Assembly (NCBI GenBank): GCA_036172245.1
Contig: JAYWIR010000009.1
Span: 2,294,001-2,358,000, forward strand
Direction: 5' to 3'
DNA from: Raillietiella orientalis
Taxonomy: Eukaryota
DNA length: 64,000 nucleotides
Below, piece after piece: positions 1-12,479 of this stretch. The notes beneath the pieces were generated by a model. It saw nothing but the letters and a program-made list of their open reading frames with translations, was not told the origin of the DNA and ran no database searches. Position numbers and translations under genes: made by a program. Within the stretch, counting starts at the first letter, position 1; every line of letters starts with the position of its first letter.

Positions 1-849
1 TTCCAGCCCACGAGACTCACATAAATTCAAAGCTTCTTCTATCCTTTCACTCCCCAGCTAGTCCTCTCTAAAACACCCGCAATCTACTTGCACTTCGATG
101 CAGAGCGGTTCGACCAGTTCAATATTAGACAGAGTTTGGTTGTTGCTTACCCTCAGCAACTAACAGCCTTCCACGATGGGAGTGAACTCCAATAGCCCAA
201 GCACCTACAAATACATCTACATCTGTTATGCCTATTTATTTTGCATAGCAGATGATGTAGTCCATTTTTCTTGCGCTGCTGGACTTCTGCTCCTGCCTCC
301 ACCATTCAGTCTTTTGAACACCCCAGTGCACTGTATTCGAGGATCTTAAAACATCCTGCCAAGTCGAGTCACGCATCCTCATCTGGGTCAACGTGACCCC
401 TTCGTTTCTTGCAGCTATCCACGAACAGAATCCGGAGCCCCAGTGCTGAGCTTTTTCGTTTATCAAACATTTTTCAAACACATCCTTGCCAAATTATTTC
501 GCTTATTCACCTATTTGGCAGGATTTATCCGTCCATTTCTACTCGGACTTATCCTTAACATGTACATCCCCACCCTCCCAAATCCTGAAATTAAGTAGAG
601 CATGCAAGTGCATCGCGAACAAGGCAGGGAACGACCATTACTGCGGGCATCCTAAAAGAAGTGCACCGATTTTACACACGTCTGGCATCATCATCAAGTG
701 CCGTTATGATGGCATCATTAAATGTCATTATAATAAACAACGCCACGTTGAGTATTGAATAGATGCGTACATGCAGCCAATCCAAAGGTGGCTTCTAACG
801 CGTGCCTCTGGTTGTTCGCGAAAGTGAAAGTTCGCTCTTCGATTGCTTC

Positions 850-1780
850 ATGCAGCTCCCCTTAGCAGCTATGTGAGCTTCTGCGGAGGGTTCCCCATGG
901 GGGCTATCGATAGCAAATACGGGATTTCCAACGGATGTTCAATCCAAGTATTCTTCCTTCTTCTTTGCTGGGGTCGCTGAATACGGTTTCAAGGTGGGCT
1001 AGAAAGTTCGAGAACCAACGGTGCAACTTTTCTAGCCGCCGGATCGAATTTCGTACTGCACTCAACAGTGATGGAACAGGCAGGACATTCAACATGCAGA
1101 GGACCACTCACTCGTAGGCATTAATCATGGGTCCCCTCCCCCGCTGATTATTTCCTCTGAACGACCACAGCTGGATGGTTGGTTACGACAGTGGACCATC
1201 CGGTTTTCGACTAACCGCGTTGACGTGTTTTGACGGCTTCGTGCGGCGGCGTTGGATGGAAATCGACTCGTCAATGGAAACTTGCTGTCGACCTTCGTGC
1301 CCTCCGTTACCCGGAGCCCTTTGTAAGGGGTTTTGAATGTCTTCTACTTTCATTCGAATCTGATTGCAACGATCAGCAACGTCGTCATGTCAGCCGATAG
1401 ACCTAATAATCTTCTCCAATGCTTGTCCGCTTGCATATAACTCTTGCCGCGCTGCTGCATCTTGGGATGCTTCCACGGTATACAGATCTCCATTCACAGA
1501 CTGTTTTCATTTTCCCGTTTTCCTTATTCGACAACGGTGCTTTGTGATCGCAAGAGCTTTCTGCTGCAGTGTGGCACACGGAGGACCTCTGGGATCCATC
1601 TGGCGGGAACGGTTCTTCTGGGACAGCGACTGACGTCAACGGCTGCTTTCGATCTGTGCCAGTTGCATTGAAAGCGGCAAACCAGGAAAGGTTGCCATTG
1701 CCATTCCTTCCTAATGCGGGTGAGGCGCGCGCGGTCCTCGAAAGCCACTCTAAGTGCCACTCGTTCTCCTGCATCTGCCA
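850..1780 (-). mobile_element. Decayed Merlin/ISXO2 (IS1595-like) DDE transposase remnant
   Basis: Minus-strand peptides across frameshifts appear in Merlin order: 'VLRVPHCSRK' (WRC-x-C), 'KTVCEWRSVYR' (TVVDWxxFCR), 'QQVSIDES' (VEIDES), 'QLWSFRG' (WVFGG), 'FSDP' and 'NTWIE..RWKS' (FVDP..HTNxIExxW). Confidence 0.45.
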
Positions 1781-2149
1781 TTTACACTCAGTCGATAGCC
1801 TATTCGTACGGGATGGCACCCTGTTTATAAGAGCTCGACATCGCTCCTCCGACTTTCAGCCAGCATTTGTCGATGTGGAAAAAGCCCTTCGGCTATCACG
1901 ACAACTGAAAGTCCTCCTCCTGGAGGAACTCCGCTTTTGCAAGAGGGTTGGAATCTGAAAGTTTTTCTCCTTGCCTACGACGGGGAAGGATCATTGCTTC
2001 ACTCGATACAGGAGGTGTACCATGAAAGGCGTGGGTACAAGACGGAGTAGAAGAAAGCAAGGTGGGGGATCTTCGAGATGAGGGGAAGGAATAGCAAGCG
2101 AAGATGGGAGAAGAAGGTTGCTGCAGCGGAGATTTCCAGGAAAAATCGC

Positions 2150-2950
2150 AAAGCAGCAGCATGCAGGTGCAAAGCGGGTAGCAGAAGAGCGGCGAGTTCG
2201 TGGGGCGAAATGCCGAAGAGCGAGTGGTGTTTCCGGCGGTCCACACGACACGACGCTGTGACGTGTGACGGCTCGCCTCTGCGCTCGGCAGTTGGGGAGA
2301 ATTGCTCAACGCCAAGGTTTGGCTTGCACGGAATTGGTAGAGCAAGAAGACAAAGGCGCTCGGGGGGGCCCGTCCAGTCTTCGCCACCAGCGTCGCCTTG
2401 AGATTCCTTTCGTCGGTACGCGCGGTACCACCCTACCCAAAGCCAACCCGCCTGGAGATCAGCGGCTACAACTCTCTGAATGAGTTCTCTGTTCCACGAT
2501 GTTCCGGCGCACGGTCCCCGACCAGAAAGATTCATGGTCAGGAAAACTGCGTTGGATTTTCGCCAGCTCCGCGAAGATGTGCCACCACGTTCTCGGGTTA
2601 GATGAGGTCACAGCTTTGCGGTGCGTTTGCTAGATGATGACAAGAAGTCCGACAGGAGAGAAGACAAGAAGTCCAATAGATCCGCGGCTGAAAACCGCAC
2701 CGATTTCGAAGGAATCCATGAGAAAAGGGAGTGGAAGAATTCTCCAAAGTGGGAAGACTTGGCTCCTTGTCTCGAACAGTGAAAGACGACAAAGATGCTT
2801 CGGGAAAGAAGCTGCGGCTGTGGGGGCGGCCTGTACGATTGTGTGACCAAGTCTCAGTGGCTCTTGATAGACGAAGGCTAGCTCGAACCAAATCCTTCGA
2901 TTGCTCCTGCTTTGATGCGATGTCCGCACGCGCCGGCAGCATCTTCTCGC
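2150..2950 (+). mobile_element. Decayed L1/Tx1-type LINE ORF2 fragment (start of RT region)
   Basis: 'RVRGAKCRR' resembles GAxIRSR. ORF 2731 'EEFSKVGRL...LRLWGRPVRL...RRLARTKS' resembles GxL...NWRPIxLL...LAxRL. Confidence 0.45.
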
Positions 2951-4560
2951 CTCTCCCTCTCCACGAGCGCTCAGCCATCTTTGCGGAAGTAATAGCGCGA
3001 GAGGATTCGCAGCGAAAACGAGTAAAACGTCGAGAGGGTCAAACGGATGGGGGTAAGACGACACCGGTTCTCGACAGGGGAGTTTCCGTTCTTTTGCGGG
3101 ATCGCGCGCTTCGCAGCCCTCTTCCCCCCTCCCCGTCCCCCTCCGTCTGCTGAAACAACGGGACCAGTGGAGATCGATGCAGGGTGCACGGGCGAGCACA
3201 TCCGTTCGTTGGGGGGGAACACATCTGTGCTGAGTGCGAGGGACGAGTGGGTGGACGGCGAAGGAGGCGCTTTCAGAATGGCGGTTACTCTGGGCGGAAA
3301 ATTCCGAACGCCTTGCGTACCAGAAGTTTGCGTACGACGAGTCTCCATCAAAGGCGCCAAGGGGAAAGCAGCTGCGATTGCTCCGCAGCGTTCTGAGACG
3401 GAAGGCGCCTCAGAGGAGGGCAGGAGGGCAATTTTTTTCCGGGACGTTCCATCACGTGAAGGGAGGGCATCAGCGAGTTTGAAAACCAGTCAGTTTGTCC
3501 GTACGGAGGGGGAGGGGGAACTCAACTTCACTGCCTGGGTGAGCTACTCCCACCCAAAGATGCGGGCGCCGATCGCGTGCGTGTGATGGCGTGGGAGTAA
3601 CTCCTTGGACGACGCCCCCCATCTGCCTCACCGACAACTCGAAGATAATTGCCGAAGGCAGCGACGAGCCGGCAACCTGGATCGAGGGCATCACTCGCGA
3701 AAGTTGGGAGGGAGAGGCCCCGGAATGAATCCATTTCGGGAGCGGCTATGGAGGGACGGAAGAGCGCGGAGACGGCGATCTTCAGCTATGGCTCCCAGGA
3801 AGAGAGGAAAACCACAAGTAGAGTCCGTGCGAGTGACCACCGAAAGAACCCGTGGTTCGTGGATACGGAGGACGACTGAGTCGTGAGGGAGAGACGGGAG
3901 CAGTCCAGAGCACACCGGAGTGCTCGGACATGCAACACTCCTGGGACGTGTGGGCCCCGGCGGGGATAAAGTCCCCCTCAAGCACTACGCCCTCGTCAGG
4001 GGCCAGATCGGTTGCCTAGGAAGCAGATGCTGCCGCTGTCCGTTCCGCCCCTGGAGAAATGATACATGAACTGATCCCGAAGCGGTGGATTGCAAAGAAC
4101 ACGCAGAAACGAAGACGACGCGGGGAAAAACGGCGTCGAAGCGGTTGCCATGGGGATGTCTCGGAGCCTCGTGGGCTGGAGAGACGCTGCCGCTTCGAGC
4201 TGCTGCTCGCATTACTCTCACCGTCCCCTCTGCCAAAGGGTTTATCGATAATCTGCATCATTTTTCCTTGTTGCACCGTTTCCGTTGCGTAGATCCCGCA
4301 GCTGCTGCCGGGAGTCCACGGCCTGCCGTTCGCTCAGTGCCCTCCACGTTTCGCGTGGCGCCCGCGATTCTGCGCTCCGCTCGGCGCAAGAGCGGGAGGC
4401 ATGCGACGCCCGGGTACACGCGTGCCTCGGAGCTCTCTCCTTTCACGCGACCGCTAGCCACCACACGGTGGACTCCCGCGGCCCTCGGGAAGGGAAACAC
4501 CGGGCGACGACGAACTCCGGTCGGGTATCTTCATTGAATCCGGTAGTGGTGAGCCTTGGG
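2950..4560. promoter_or_regulatory. CpG-rich promoter-like island with two X-box-like motifs
   Basis: High GC/CpG; GTTGCCTAGGAAGC at 4011-4024 and GTTGCCATGGGGAT at 4144-4157; + strand donors GTAAGA at 3053 and GTGAGC at 3539. Confidence 0.35.
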
Positions 4561-4639
4561 TTGCAACGATCCGAGACAGCGTGACGGCGCCATCGCCCAC
4601 CGATCGCTACCGCCCGTGGAAGAGAAGAGCCGCCCGCCA

Positions 4640-5250
4640 GCGTTGGCGACAGCGAGCCTGCGGCCTCCGCGCGCGCGGTACTACTGAGCGTCGCGAGTTC
4701 GAATTCCGCCCGGGGAAGAAGGACCGACTTCAGAGAAATGGAGGGTGCGTCGTGAGTTCCCATTCCCTACCCTCCGCAGCATGGTACTGGTTGATCTGCA
4801 GGCTTCGGCACTGTGGCGCTGGTGGAAGCCCGGATGCCTCCGTTGACCGTCCGCTATTGGAAGCTGACCCTCCGGGGTCCTTTCAGGAACCAAGAAGCCC
4901 TATGAGTTTGTTCCCCTCTCTCTGGGGCCATCTACCACAGAGTACCAGGGGGCTGGTTGCTGCCTCTCCAGAGTGTCGAGAAGCGAACTCCCCTCTCTTC
5001 GAGGAAGTGTCCTCCAGAGAAGACTGGGAAGCATCCCTTCGAGATTCTCTTCAGAGGAGGAGGAAACCAAAATCGGTTGCCTCCCACCTGGGGTTCCCTC
5101 CGGAGAGAATGAGGAAGAGATGGTTCTTTTTGGGTTATTTCCCAAGCGTGAGAGGAACGGACTCCTTCCACCAGGATTCTTCCTAGATTTATAGGGTGAT
5201 TTCCTCTGGGGTAGGTACCCCCTAACTTAAAGAGCCACACGCTCCCTAGG
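4640..5250 (+). repeat. Unclassified dispersed repeat, copy 1 of 3
   Basis: Aligns by eye with the reverse complement of 11570-12230 and 20500-20900, e.g. GAAGCATCCCTTCGAGATTCTCTTCAGAGGA versus GAAGCGTCTCTTCGGGGTTGCCTTCAGAGGA and GAAGCGTCCCTTCGGGGTTCTCTTCAGAGGA. Confidence 0.8.
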
Positions 5251-5949
5251 GTGGCGTGGGTAATGTCAAATAATTTTGCCAGAATCCCCTTTTTTCTCCC
5301 CCCTAATGAGCCGAACGGTTCTTTAGCACCTGGAGATCCAAAAAGAACAAAAAGAAAAGACGAAAGGATGTGCCCTAAAGGATGTGCATGGCGCTGTCAA
5401 CCTTGATCGCCCTAGGACGATGGGGGTCCATCATCCTAGGTCAATGGAGAAGACCTCCCCATGAGGTTGCTGCTGGGCCTTCGAAGGGAAAAGGGGAAGC
5501 GGGAAAGTCGGCGAATGACGCACGAACGGATTTCAGTCCTCAGTCGCCGTGGAACGGGGAAGAAGGATGCCGGCAGGAGAGGAGACGCTCTCCCTGTTAA
5601 GGGGAGGCTGAAACAATTCAGGGAGCTCGCGCTTTTCTTTCGGGTTCTGCAGGAGATGATTCAGCAGCAAAAAGGAAAAGGAAAAAAAAAAAAAAAAGCG
5701 AAGCAGCGAGCCAAGCCGAAGCAAACAGCGTGGGGAACATCGCCAGTGGCGCATCGGACGGAAAACGAAAGAACCAGAGAGAGAGAGAGGAAGAGGAGAG
5801 GAGGAGGCTGCACGTCGAATTTTGAAACCAGTTGCTATAGGAACGCGTCGAAGAATCAAAACAAAGAAAGGGGGATGCTTGGCATGGATACGAAGAGAGA
5901 AGAGGGGGATTGGATAAGATGATGACGGGATGCGCAGCAGCTTTCGACC

Positions 5950-6220
5950 GGCAGACCTTCGTTCTGCTCCGCTTTTCCGTGCGCCACGCTCCAGGAGGGA
6001 GCGAGTTGATGCCCTGCAGCAGCGGTGGCTCTCATCCCGCAATCTCACAGCTAGAGCGCTCTCCCGGGACAAGCCAATCTGCCGTCTTACTTCTTCCTCA
6101 GAGCCGACTCGATCGGAACTGCCATCCCCTTGACTATGACCAGAAGCCCACTGGTCACGCGCCTCCCCCGGAAAGTCGAGGGGCATCTGCACCGTGTGTA
6201 GCCCATCGCGAAGGTCCCTG
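5950..6220 (-). mobile_element. Possible RTE-clade LINE RT C-terminal remnant
   Basis: 'GDGSSDRVGSEEEVRRQIGLSRESA' resembles the RTE motif DG....EIxRRIxxAxxAF. Confidence 0.3.
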
Positions 6221-6299
6221 GCGCTCGCTGGCAGCGGCGACGGCTCCTTGAAGCCCGAGGCCGACGTGTGTGTGGCTGCGGCAGCTGGGAAGGACTTTG

Positions 6300-7120
6300 A
6301 GCCCGACCCGCTTCGAGTGGTCCTGCCCTCCTCCGCGCGTATCTCCGGGACTCTCCGCACGGGTCTCTGGCATGGAACGAGCGGCCCGTGACCCGGGCTG
6401 CTCGTCTCGTCCAGGCAGAGGAGGAACCGATTTTTCGGCGCCCGCGGAGGATCGTCGTCAGGAGGGTGCCAGCACGTCGCCGCCGAGGTCTCAACATCCC
6501 CGTTCCTCCCGGCCTCGCAGGGGAAAACCCATCAAAAATGCCCAACGCGGAGCACGCAGGAACGAGTTGCACAGCGCTGCAGCAGCAGCCCGAGGGCAAA
6601 AACGCGTGCGGATGCTTGCGAGGAGGAGGCGAGGAGGAGGCGGGGAGGAGGCGGGGAGGAGGAGGAAGCAGATGAAAACGGATTGCTCGCAGCTGCAGCT
6701 GCTTTTCGACCAGCACGTGCTCACCTGTTTTCTGTTTTTTTTTTTTTTTTTTTTTTTTTGCCGCGCGCGTCCCTGTTCTCGGGTTCGTGGCGCGGGAGGT
6801 GCGGAAAAGGGAGAAGCAGCCGTGCTGCCGTTCTGGCGTCGAAACGCAACCGTCGAATCCGTGCCCCCCGCGCGGACGCACGCGTGTCGGACGAATCGCC
6901 CTGCGGCCGCCGTCTCTGTGCCTTGCCGTTCGGCACGAAAGACGTTGCGCCGGTGAGGAGGACCTTTCGGAGCTGCTGCTGCACCGCAGCAGCATCCGCT
7001 GGAACTACGTCAACCGTGCTTTCCTTCCTTCTTTTCCTTTTCTCTTTTTTTTTTTTTTTTTTTGCCTTTTTCGAACGCAAAAAAGAAAAAAAAAAGTGCA
7101 TGAGCCGCACATGTGGACAC
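6300..7120. promoter_or_regulatory. CpG-rich island with a minus-strand splice donor
   Basis: High CpG, GGA repeats and flanking A/T runs; minus-strand CAG|GTGAGC donor at 6724. Confidence 0.3.
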
Positions 7121-7559
7121 AGACGAGGAAGCACGTGAGGACAGAGCAGACGAAACCAAACGCCTCCTCCCCAAAAAGACACACAAGAAAAAAAATCAGA
7201 TGCATAGACTTTTGGAACGGCAGAAAAAAAAAAAAAACATCCTGCAGAGTCGACGCTGGCGTGAAAAAGTGCTGATCTGCATCCCTTGTTCTGCGCAACT
7301 CGAAAGACACAAAGTACAAAGAGGAAAACCGAGCTGAGTTTAAGTGGCGGATGAACGTTTGGCAAGGAGAAAAAGCTGCCATTTCTACCGGGAAAAAAAA
7401 ACCAAAACAAAAAGAAAAAAAAAGACTGGTACAGCTTCCCTGGCTGATGAGTGGACTTTGAGCGGGCAGTGAGCACGGCCGGCGGGCACGGATGCTGATA
7501 TGAGCGAGAGGGTCCATTTCCCTGGACGTTCCGTTTCGCACCCACGGCCCAAGACACGA

Positions 7560-8150
7560 AGAAGAGGTCCAGGACCGCTTGCAGAAAGCGTTTTCTGCAG
7601 CAAAGGGTTGATGACGGATCGCAGGTTCCGCGCCACGCCGTTCGCGACATCATCTCAGACGCAGCTCGAGCGATGAGAAACTGCTAGTTCATCTCGTAGC
7701 TGTTCTGAAACGAATAGGGACACACGCGTTGAGCCCTCGTACGCATCCGCTCTTGCCTACGCCAGCGCGTTATTCGATCACTTTGTGATGCTGTGGGATC
7801 AGGTTCACTTTGAGGGCGCCAACAGCTGTAGGCGGCGCTCCTCTTAATTTTAAACTCTATGGAGCTGAGGTTACAAATCGCAATTGTAATTTTGAGGACC
7901 GCTTCCCTATTATGTAGAGCCCTGCGTGCCTTCGATTGGGTTAACGAATTCTTTGATTTCAACGCTGCGGAGCTTGGAGAGATTACTGACGCCGTGTAGG
8001 GAAACGCGGAACTGTGTATTCTTCCTGCCCAGCGGCGAGCGAGGACCGCAGCCTCTCGTCATGCAGAGTTCGTTGATGGCGTATGCTTTTCCTTTGCTAT
8101 CGTGGAGGCTCTCCTTCCTCCGAGCTCACCGTTCTTGAGACCGACACAGT
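7560..8150 (-). mobile_element. Decayed piggyBac/PGBD transposase remnant (C-terminal half)
   Basis: 'HNREAV...ITRWRRQERMRTRAQRVCPYSFQNSYEMN' resembles WxDN..V...RW.......CP..I..YN..MGG. Confidence 0.5.
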
Positions 8151-9238
8151 GCACCGTGGCCATCAACCGGAATCAGAAAAATGAGATGAGGCAAAGGATG
8201 AGGGAGTATTATAATAAAGACGCCCTTGATGAGTTTTTCAATGACACGTGATAGTCAGGAAACGAATTGTTCTTATTTGGGAAGGATGATAGGCGATAGG
8301 AAAAGAACGTTAGTCTGCCGAGCTTATCCGAACGCTCCAAGATAATGTGTGCTCCGTGCTCTGCTGTGCCGATCGCACAGCAGAGCTTTCATCAGAAAAA
8401 ACCTACAAAAACCCTTCAACGACTCCCGCCTCACAAATCGCCAAATATGGACCAAATGATGACTACGTGTCCCCTGCGTGGTCTCCCCAAGCTAGGGCAT
8501 CGGCAGCAAGCAAGAAGGAAAAGAAAAAGCTTCCCGTTCTGCGAGGAGGAGCACCTGATTGGCGCGGACCTGAAGATTCCTCCTGCGGGTAGAAAGCACC
8601 TGCCAACTCGACTTCAGGTTCGCTCATTCTCTTCACGCAGTGTCACATGCTGAACACATCGGCCGCGCGTCACAAGCCGAGCCTGCGAGCTCCCTTCGCT
8701 CCAGACGCTCAAAGTAATGGAAAGCCGTGCACGTGCGAGCCTGCCCCTCTCCTGCCTGCCCATCGCGGCACCCACCCATTTCACAAGGAACGCAGAAGCG
8801 AGGGCGTAATCGGTCTCACGAGTATCTGAGATGGGCGCCCAACGCCAGAAGGGAAGAGACCGCGTCCACGTCGTCTCCGGGTGAGTTTCAACGCGGCGAA
8901 TGTTCAGTGGACTGGGAGGGAGTGGACGGCAAGAAACGGAAAATCTGAAATATGAAAGGGAAACGGCTGAAATCACAAGACCGCCCTTCCGTTTAGCCTT
9001 CGGGTGCTTGGCACCAGTGGGCATCAACTCTGTGACCTCTGTGTAACTCCGTGAAAATTCATTGACAGGAAGAAGAGCGCTGTCACGCTGGAGCGCTTGC
9101 CTCGCTACAAGAAACGTTGCTCTCGGTTACCCATAAGCATTCCTTAACCAGAGTTTTCAGCTTGAGGCTTTTAGGTGTGTTTTTTTTTTTTTTTTTTTCA
9201 CTTGACAACCCTTGACCATCATACCGGAGAGAACTCAC

Positions 9239-9475
9239 GCGATTCTTAGTGAGGATTCATAGTCCGAGGTGCCTGTGGGAATGGTGGGGTGGTACCATTC
9301 GCGATATCCTAGGAATGCACACTGATGGAAGTCAAAGGAGTCATCTCTTTCGAATGCTGCCACAGAGGTGTTTCTGTAGCAGCACCCGAAGACGTGTAGT
9401 GAGACACAGTAGAGGAGCTTAGCAGTTGGCTCATGGATGGTCATCGTCTCGATCTCTCCTTTAATGCAAAGCGAC
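9239..9475 (-). other. Candidate 237-nt internal exon, product unknown
   Basis: CAG acceptor (AG at 9477-9476) and GTGAGT donor (9238). One frame is open throughout (SLCIKGEIETMTIHEP...YESSLRI), phase 2-2. No recognisable domain. Confidence 0.3.
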
Positions 9476-10839
9476 CTGAGCATCTCGAAAGCACAAGCAG
9501 ATGCATCCCTACATGATGAGCTTCGATTTCGTTCCCATGCCTTTTCAAGGTCACAACGGACACTCTTTCATCTTAGGAAACCTCTGTTTCTGACCGAAAA
9601 TCCGTTTCCCAAGAATGAACTTTCAAACTCTTCCTTCGTCCAAAGTCGTTGATGCTTTCTTCCGTACTCTTAAAATTCTTCTTTGCACAAGTCGTGTGTC
9701 TTTCATCAGAAATGCAGAAGGCCCTTTTAATACTGAGGTCTCATCTTTTGTTGCCATTTTCTCGTCGTTTCCTTGGCACCTGGCTCGGTCGACCGTGCTC
9801 TTCGCATCGTATCCCCTCCCCCCCCCCCTTCTGAAGTCCTTTGATTTCCGGCCCAGGATTTCGAGGTGCCACGGCGTCGAGTGACGCCTTTGGCTCTTTC
9901 AGAGACCGCTGCCACTTCCGCATCCGCGATTGGCCTTCGCCAGCTCGAGCGCACTCTTCCGCAAAACCCTGACTTGTCGCCTTGCGGGCGGCAGGCACCT
10001 CCCGCTAGCGTCTCGCGGATCCCCGTCGTCTGCTTCTCCTTCTTCGAGGGGAGTTTCTCCGCCGGAGCTGTCGATCCCGAGCGGATTTCGCGGGAACGAA
10101 CGCAGAGCTCGAAGGCAGGCGCTGTCCGGTCCGACAGCGGAGCGCAGACCGGACAGCCTTTTCTCCGGGAGGGCGCATCTTCTCCAGCGCACCGCTCTCG
10201 AAGGGCGCACTCCGGGAAGGACGAAGAGGTTCCAAGAGAGCAAATTGCTCACTGGCCTGCCCGGATCCAAGGAGGAAGGCCTGCAGCAGGGAAGGAACTC
10301 TCCTCCTCCCGAAAAACAAACAAAGAACCAAGGACAAAAAAGAAAAAAAGGAAAAAAAAAAAAAAATCACTCTACGTTTGACGCTGGCATTTTAATTGGA
10401 AAAGAGAAGCAGCAAGGAAGAAGGTGGGGTTGATCTACGGAAGCCCCTTTTGCTCCAACTCTACAAAACAACTCTCATGGGAAAGGATAAATTTATTTCG
10501 AAAGGGAAAAAAAAAAAGGAGGAACACGCATTCCTCCTTGCTTTTATTGATTTCGAGATTCCCGTGCACCCGTCCTCAACCTCCCCTCCACCCCCCCCAT
10601 CCCTGTGGCGCGCGCTCGCCTCTTGAGCTCGCGGCGACCGGGTGCTCTCCCCAGGGCACGAAAAACCGGAGACGGCGATGACTTCAGAGCGGCCGCAGCG
10701 ACGGAGCCGGGGTGACCACCGCGCTGAGGAATCCGCACGGCTCCCGGGATCTCCCGTCGCCTTGCGACGGGCCTCTGGATGATTGCAGCCAAATGGCACC
10801 GTCGTTTGGATGCTGCCTAGTTGATCTGCTGACTTTGCG

Positions 10840-10982
10840 CTCTATGTGCGTGCGCGCGCGTCTCTCTCCCCCTCTGCGTGTGTGCGCGCGCGCATGTGCT
10901 GTGCCTCCTTTCCTTTTTCGTTCGCGAGTCGCCATGGAAACCGGAACGTTCCTCCGGAACGTGCACGCATCCCGCGGTAAGG
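10840..10982 (+). promoter_or_regulatory. Promoter-like site with a canonical RFX X-box and a splice donor
   Basis: GTCGCCATGGAAAC at 10928-10941 fits GTHNYY-AT-RRNAAC. Two CCGGAA cores follow, with GCGCATGTGC upstream and the donor CG|GTAAGG at 10977. Confidence 0.45.
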
Positions 10983-11569
10983 CTTCTTCCTCCTGACTGG
11001 AAGCGGACGCGGTTCCGTCTTCACGGACGGGTGAAGGCGATCGCCTCTTGGCGGCGCCAGCTCCAGCGGCAACGGGCGCTGCTTCCCCGCAAGCACCGTG
11101 GTCTTTTCGTAAACCGGAGGACCCGGTGCTCTCGCAAAGAATCAACAAACAACCTCCGGCGTCTTTGGCTCCGAGATAAACAACGTGCCCTTCCCCGGCT
11201 GTTTGCACGCCAGGTTTTGGAGGCGCGAAGATCCTTCCCCGCGCGATCTCTTCCTCCCGTGGGCGCAGAGCGAAGCTCGGCGCTCCGTTGCTGCTGCTGC
11301 TAATCGATGGAGCAGCTGCCACCTCCTTTATTCCAGAGGTCCGGAGATGCGCGCGCGGTCGACGGCCTCACGATGACGCGCGAAGGGTGGCGTCCGGGAT
11401 CCCTCAAGGGTAGGGAGCCGTTTCCCAGGATCCACCGGATAGGGACGGAAGTAGCTGGCGGCGACAGGCGCTCTTCCCGCGTCGGAGAAGATGCATTGGG
11501 CTACCTCGCAGTCACCAAGTGCTCAAGAATTGCTCGTCTCCTCCGGATGAGGGGGGGGGGGGGGGCACG

Positions 11570-12230
11570 CAACTTTTGGATGCGCCTGACTCTTCAGGTT
11601 ATAAGGAGTCCCCCTGATGCATCACTTCATGGATCCAGGAAGGCTCCCGACGAAGGAGTCCGTCCCTCTTGCGCTTGAGATGGAACCCCGAAGGGAACAA
11701 CCTCTTCCTCATTCTCCCTGGAGGGACCTCCCGGTTTCTGGGGACCACTTTTCATTTCTTCCGCGGAGGCAATCCTCGAGGGAACACCGCTCCTGTCTTG
11801 ATCTTCCTCTGAAGGCAACCCCGAAGAGACGCTTCCCAATTTCTCTGAAGAACTCTTCCCCGAGGGGGTGCAGAGCGCTCCTGAGACTTCGGCGAGGTGC
11901 CAGCCAGCTTCATGATATGCGATGGGGGGTCATCTCCCGAGGAAAGGGACGGTTCCATTTTCCCAATTCTCAATCTCCATTTTCTTTCAGCTCCGAAGGG
12001 TTCCTGGAAGAACCTCGGGGGTAACTTCCTGTCTCCTGGCTAATCAACAGCGGGGGAGTCCGGCTTCCCTCAGTGCTGCTGCTCCCGAATAGGCCAACCT
12101 CAACCAGGAGGCCGTCCCGCAGGGGCGACTCGGAACCCACGGCGTATCCCCCATTTCTCTGTAGTCGATGCTTCCTCGGGCTCCCGCGACTCCTGGTGCC
12201 TCGCGCGTGGACGGCCGCGTGGCTGCGGTC
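11570..12230 (-). repeat. Unclassified dispersed repeat, copy 2 of 3
   Basis: Reverse complement aligns with 4640-5250. ORF-track peptides match: 'EDWEASLRDSLQR' / 'RNWEASLRGCLQR' and 'RLQRNGGCVVSS' / 'RLQRNGGYAVGS'. Confidence 0.8.
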
Positions 12231-12479
12231 TCCTCCCAGCAGCCGTGGAGCTATGACAGCCCCGCTGCATGCTCCCGCAGGAGGCAACGATACCTCCTTG
12301 CCTTCCGGTTGTCCGGCGACGCGCTCGGCTCTGTTCCTTGATCCATCGGGACGGAACTTGCTGACCACTTGCTTCCACGCAGATTTCAACGGGGATTATC
12401 TCTGGCTGCGATGCAGTTGGGGAGGGAAGTCTTTTGTGTTTCCAGGAGGTCGCTCCATCCGTCAAGATGGACATCGGGT

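Noticed and set aside
236..481. 'HWGVQKT', resembling a Gypsy integrase HHCC region
   Set aside because: A single short motif with no supporting cysteines or DDE core.
5461..7653. Overlapping 150-310 aa ORFs on both strands
   Set aside because: They run through poly-A/T tracts (poly-K/F) and a GC island and show no coherent protein features.
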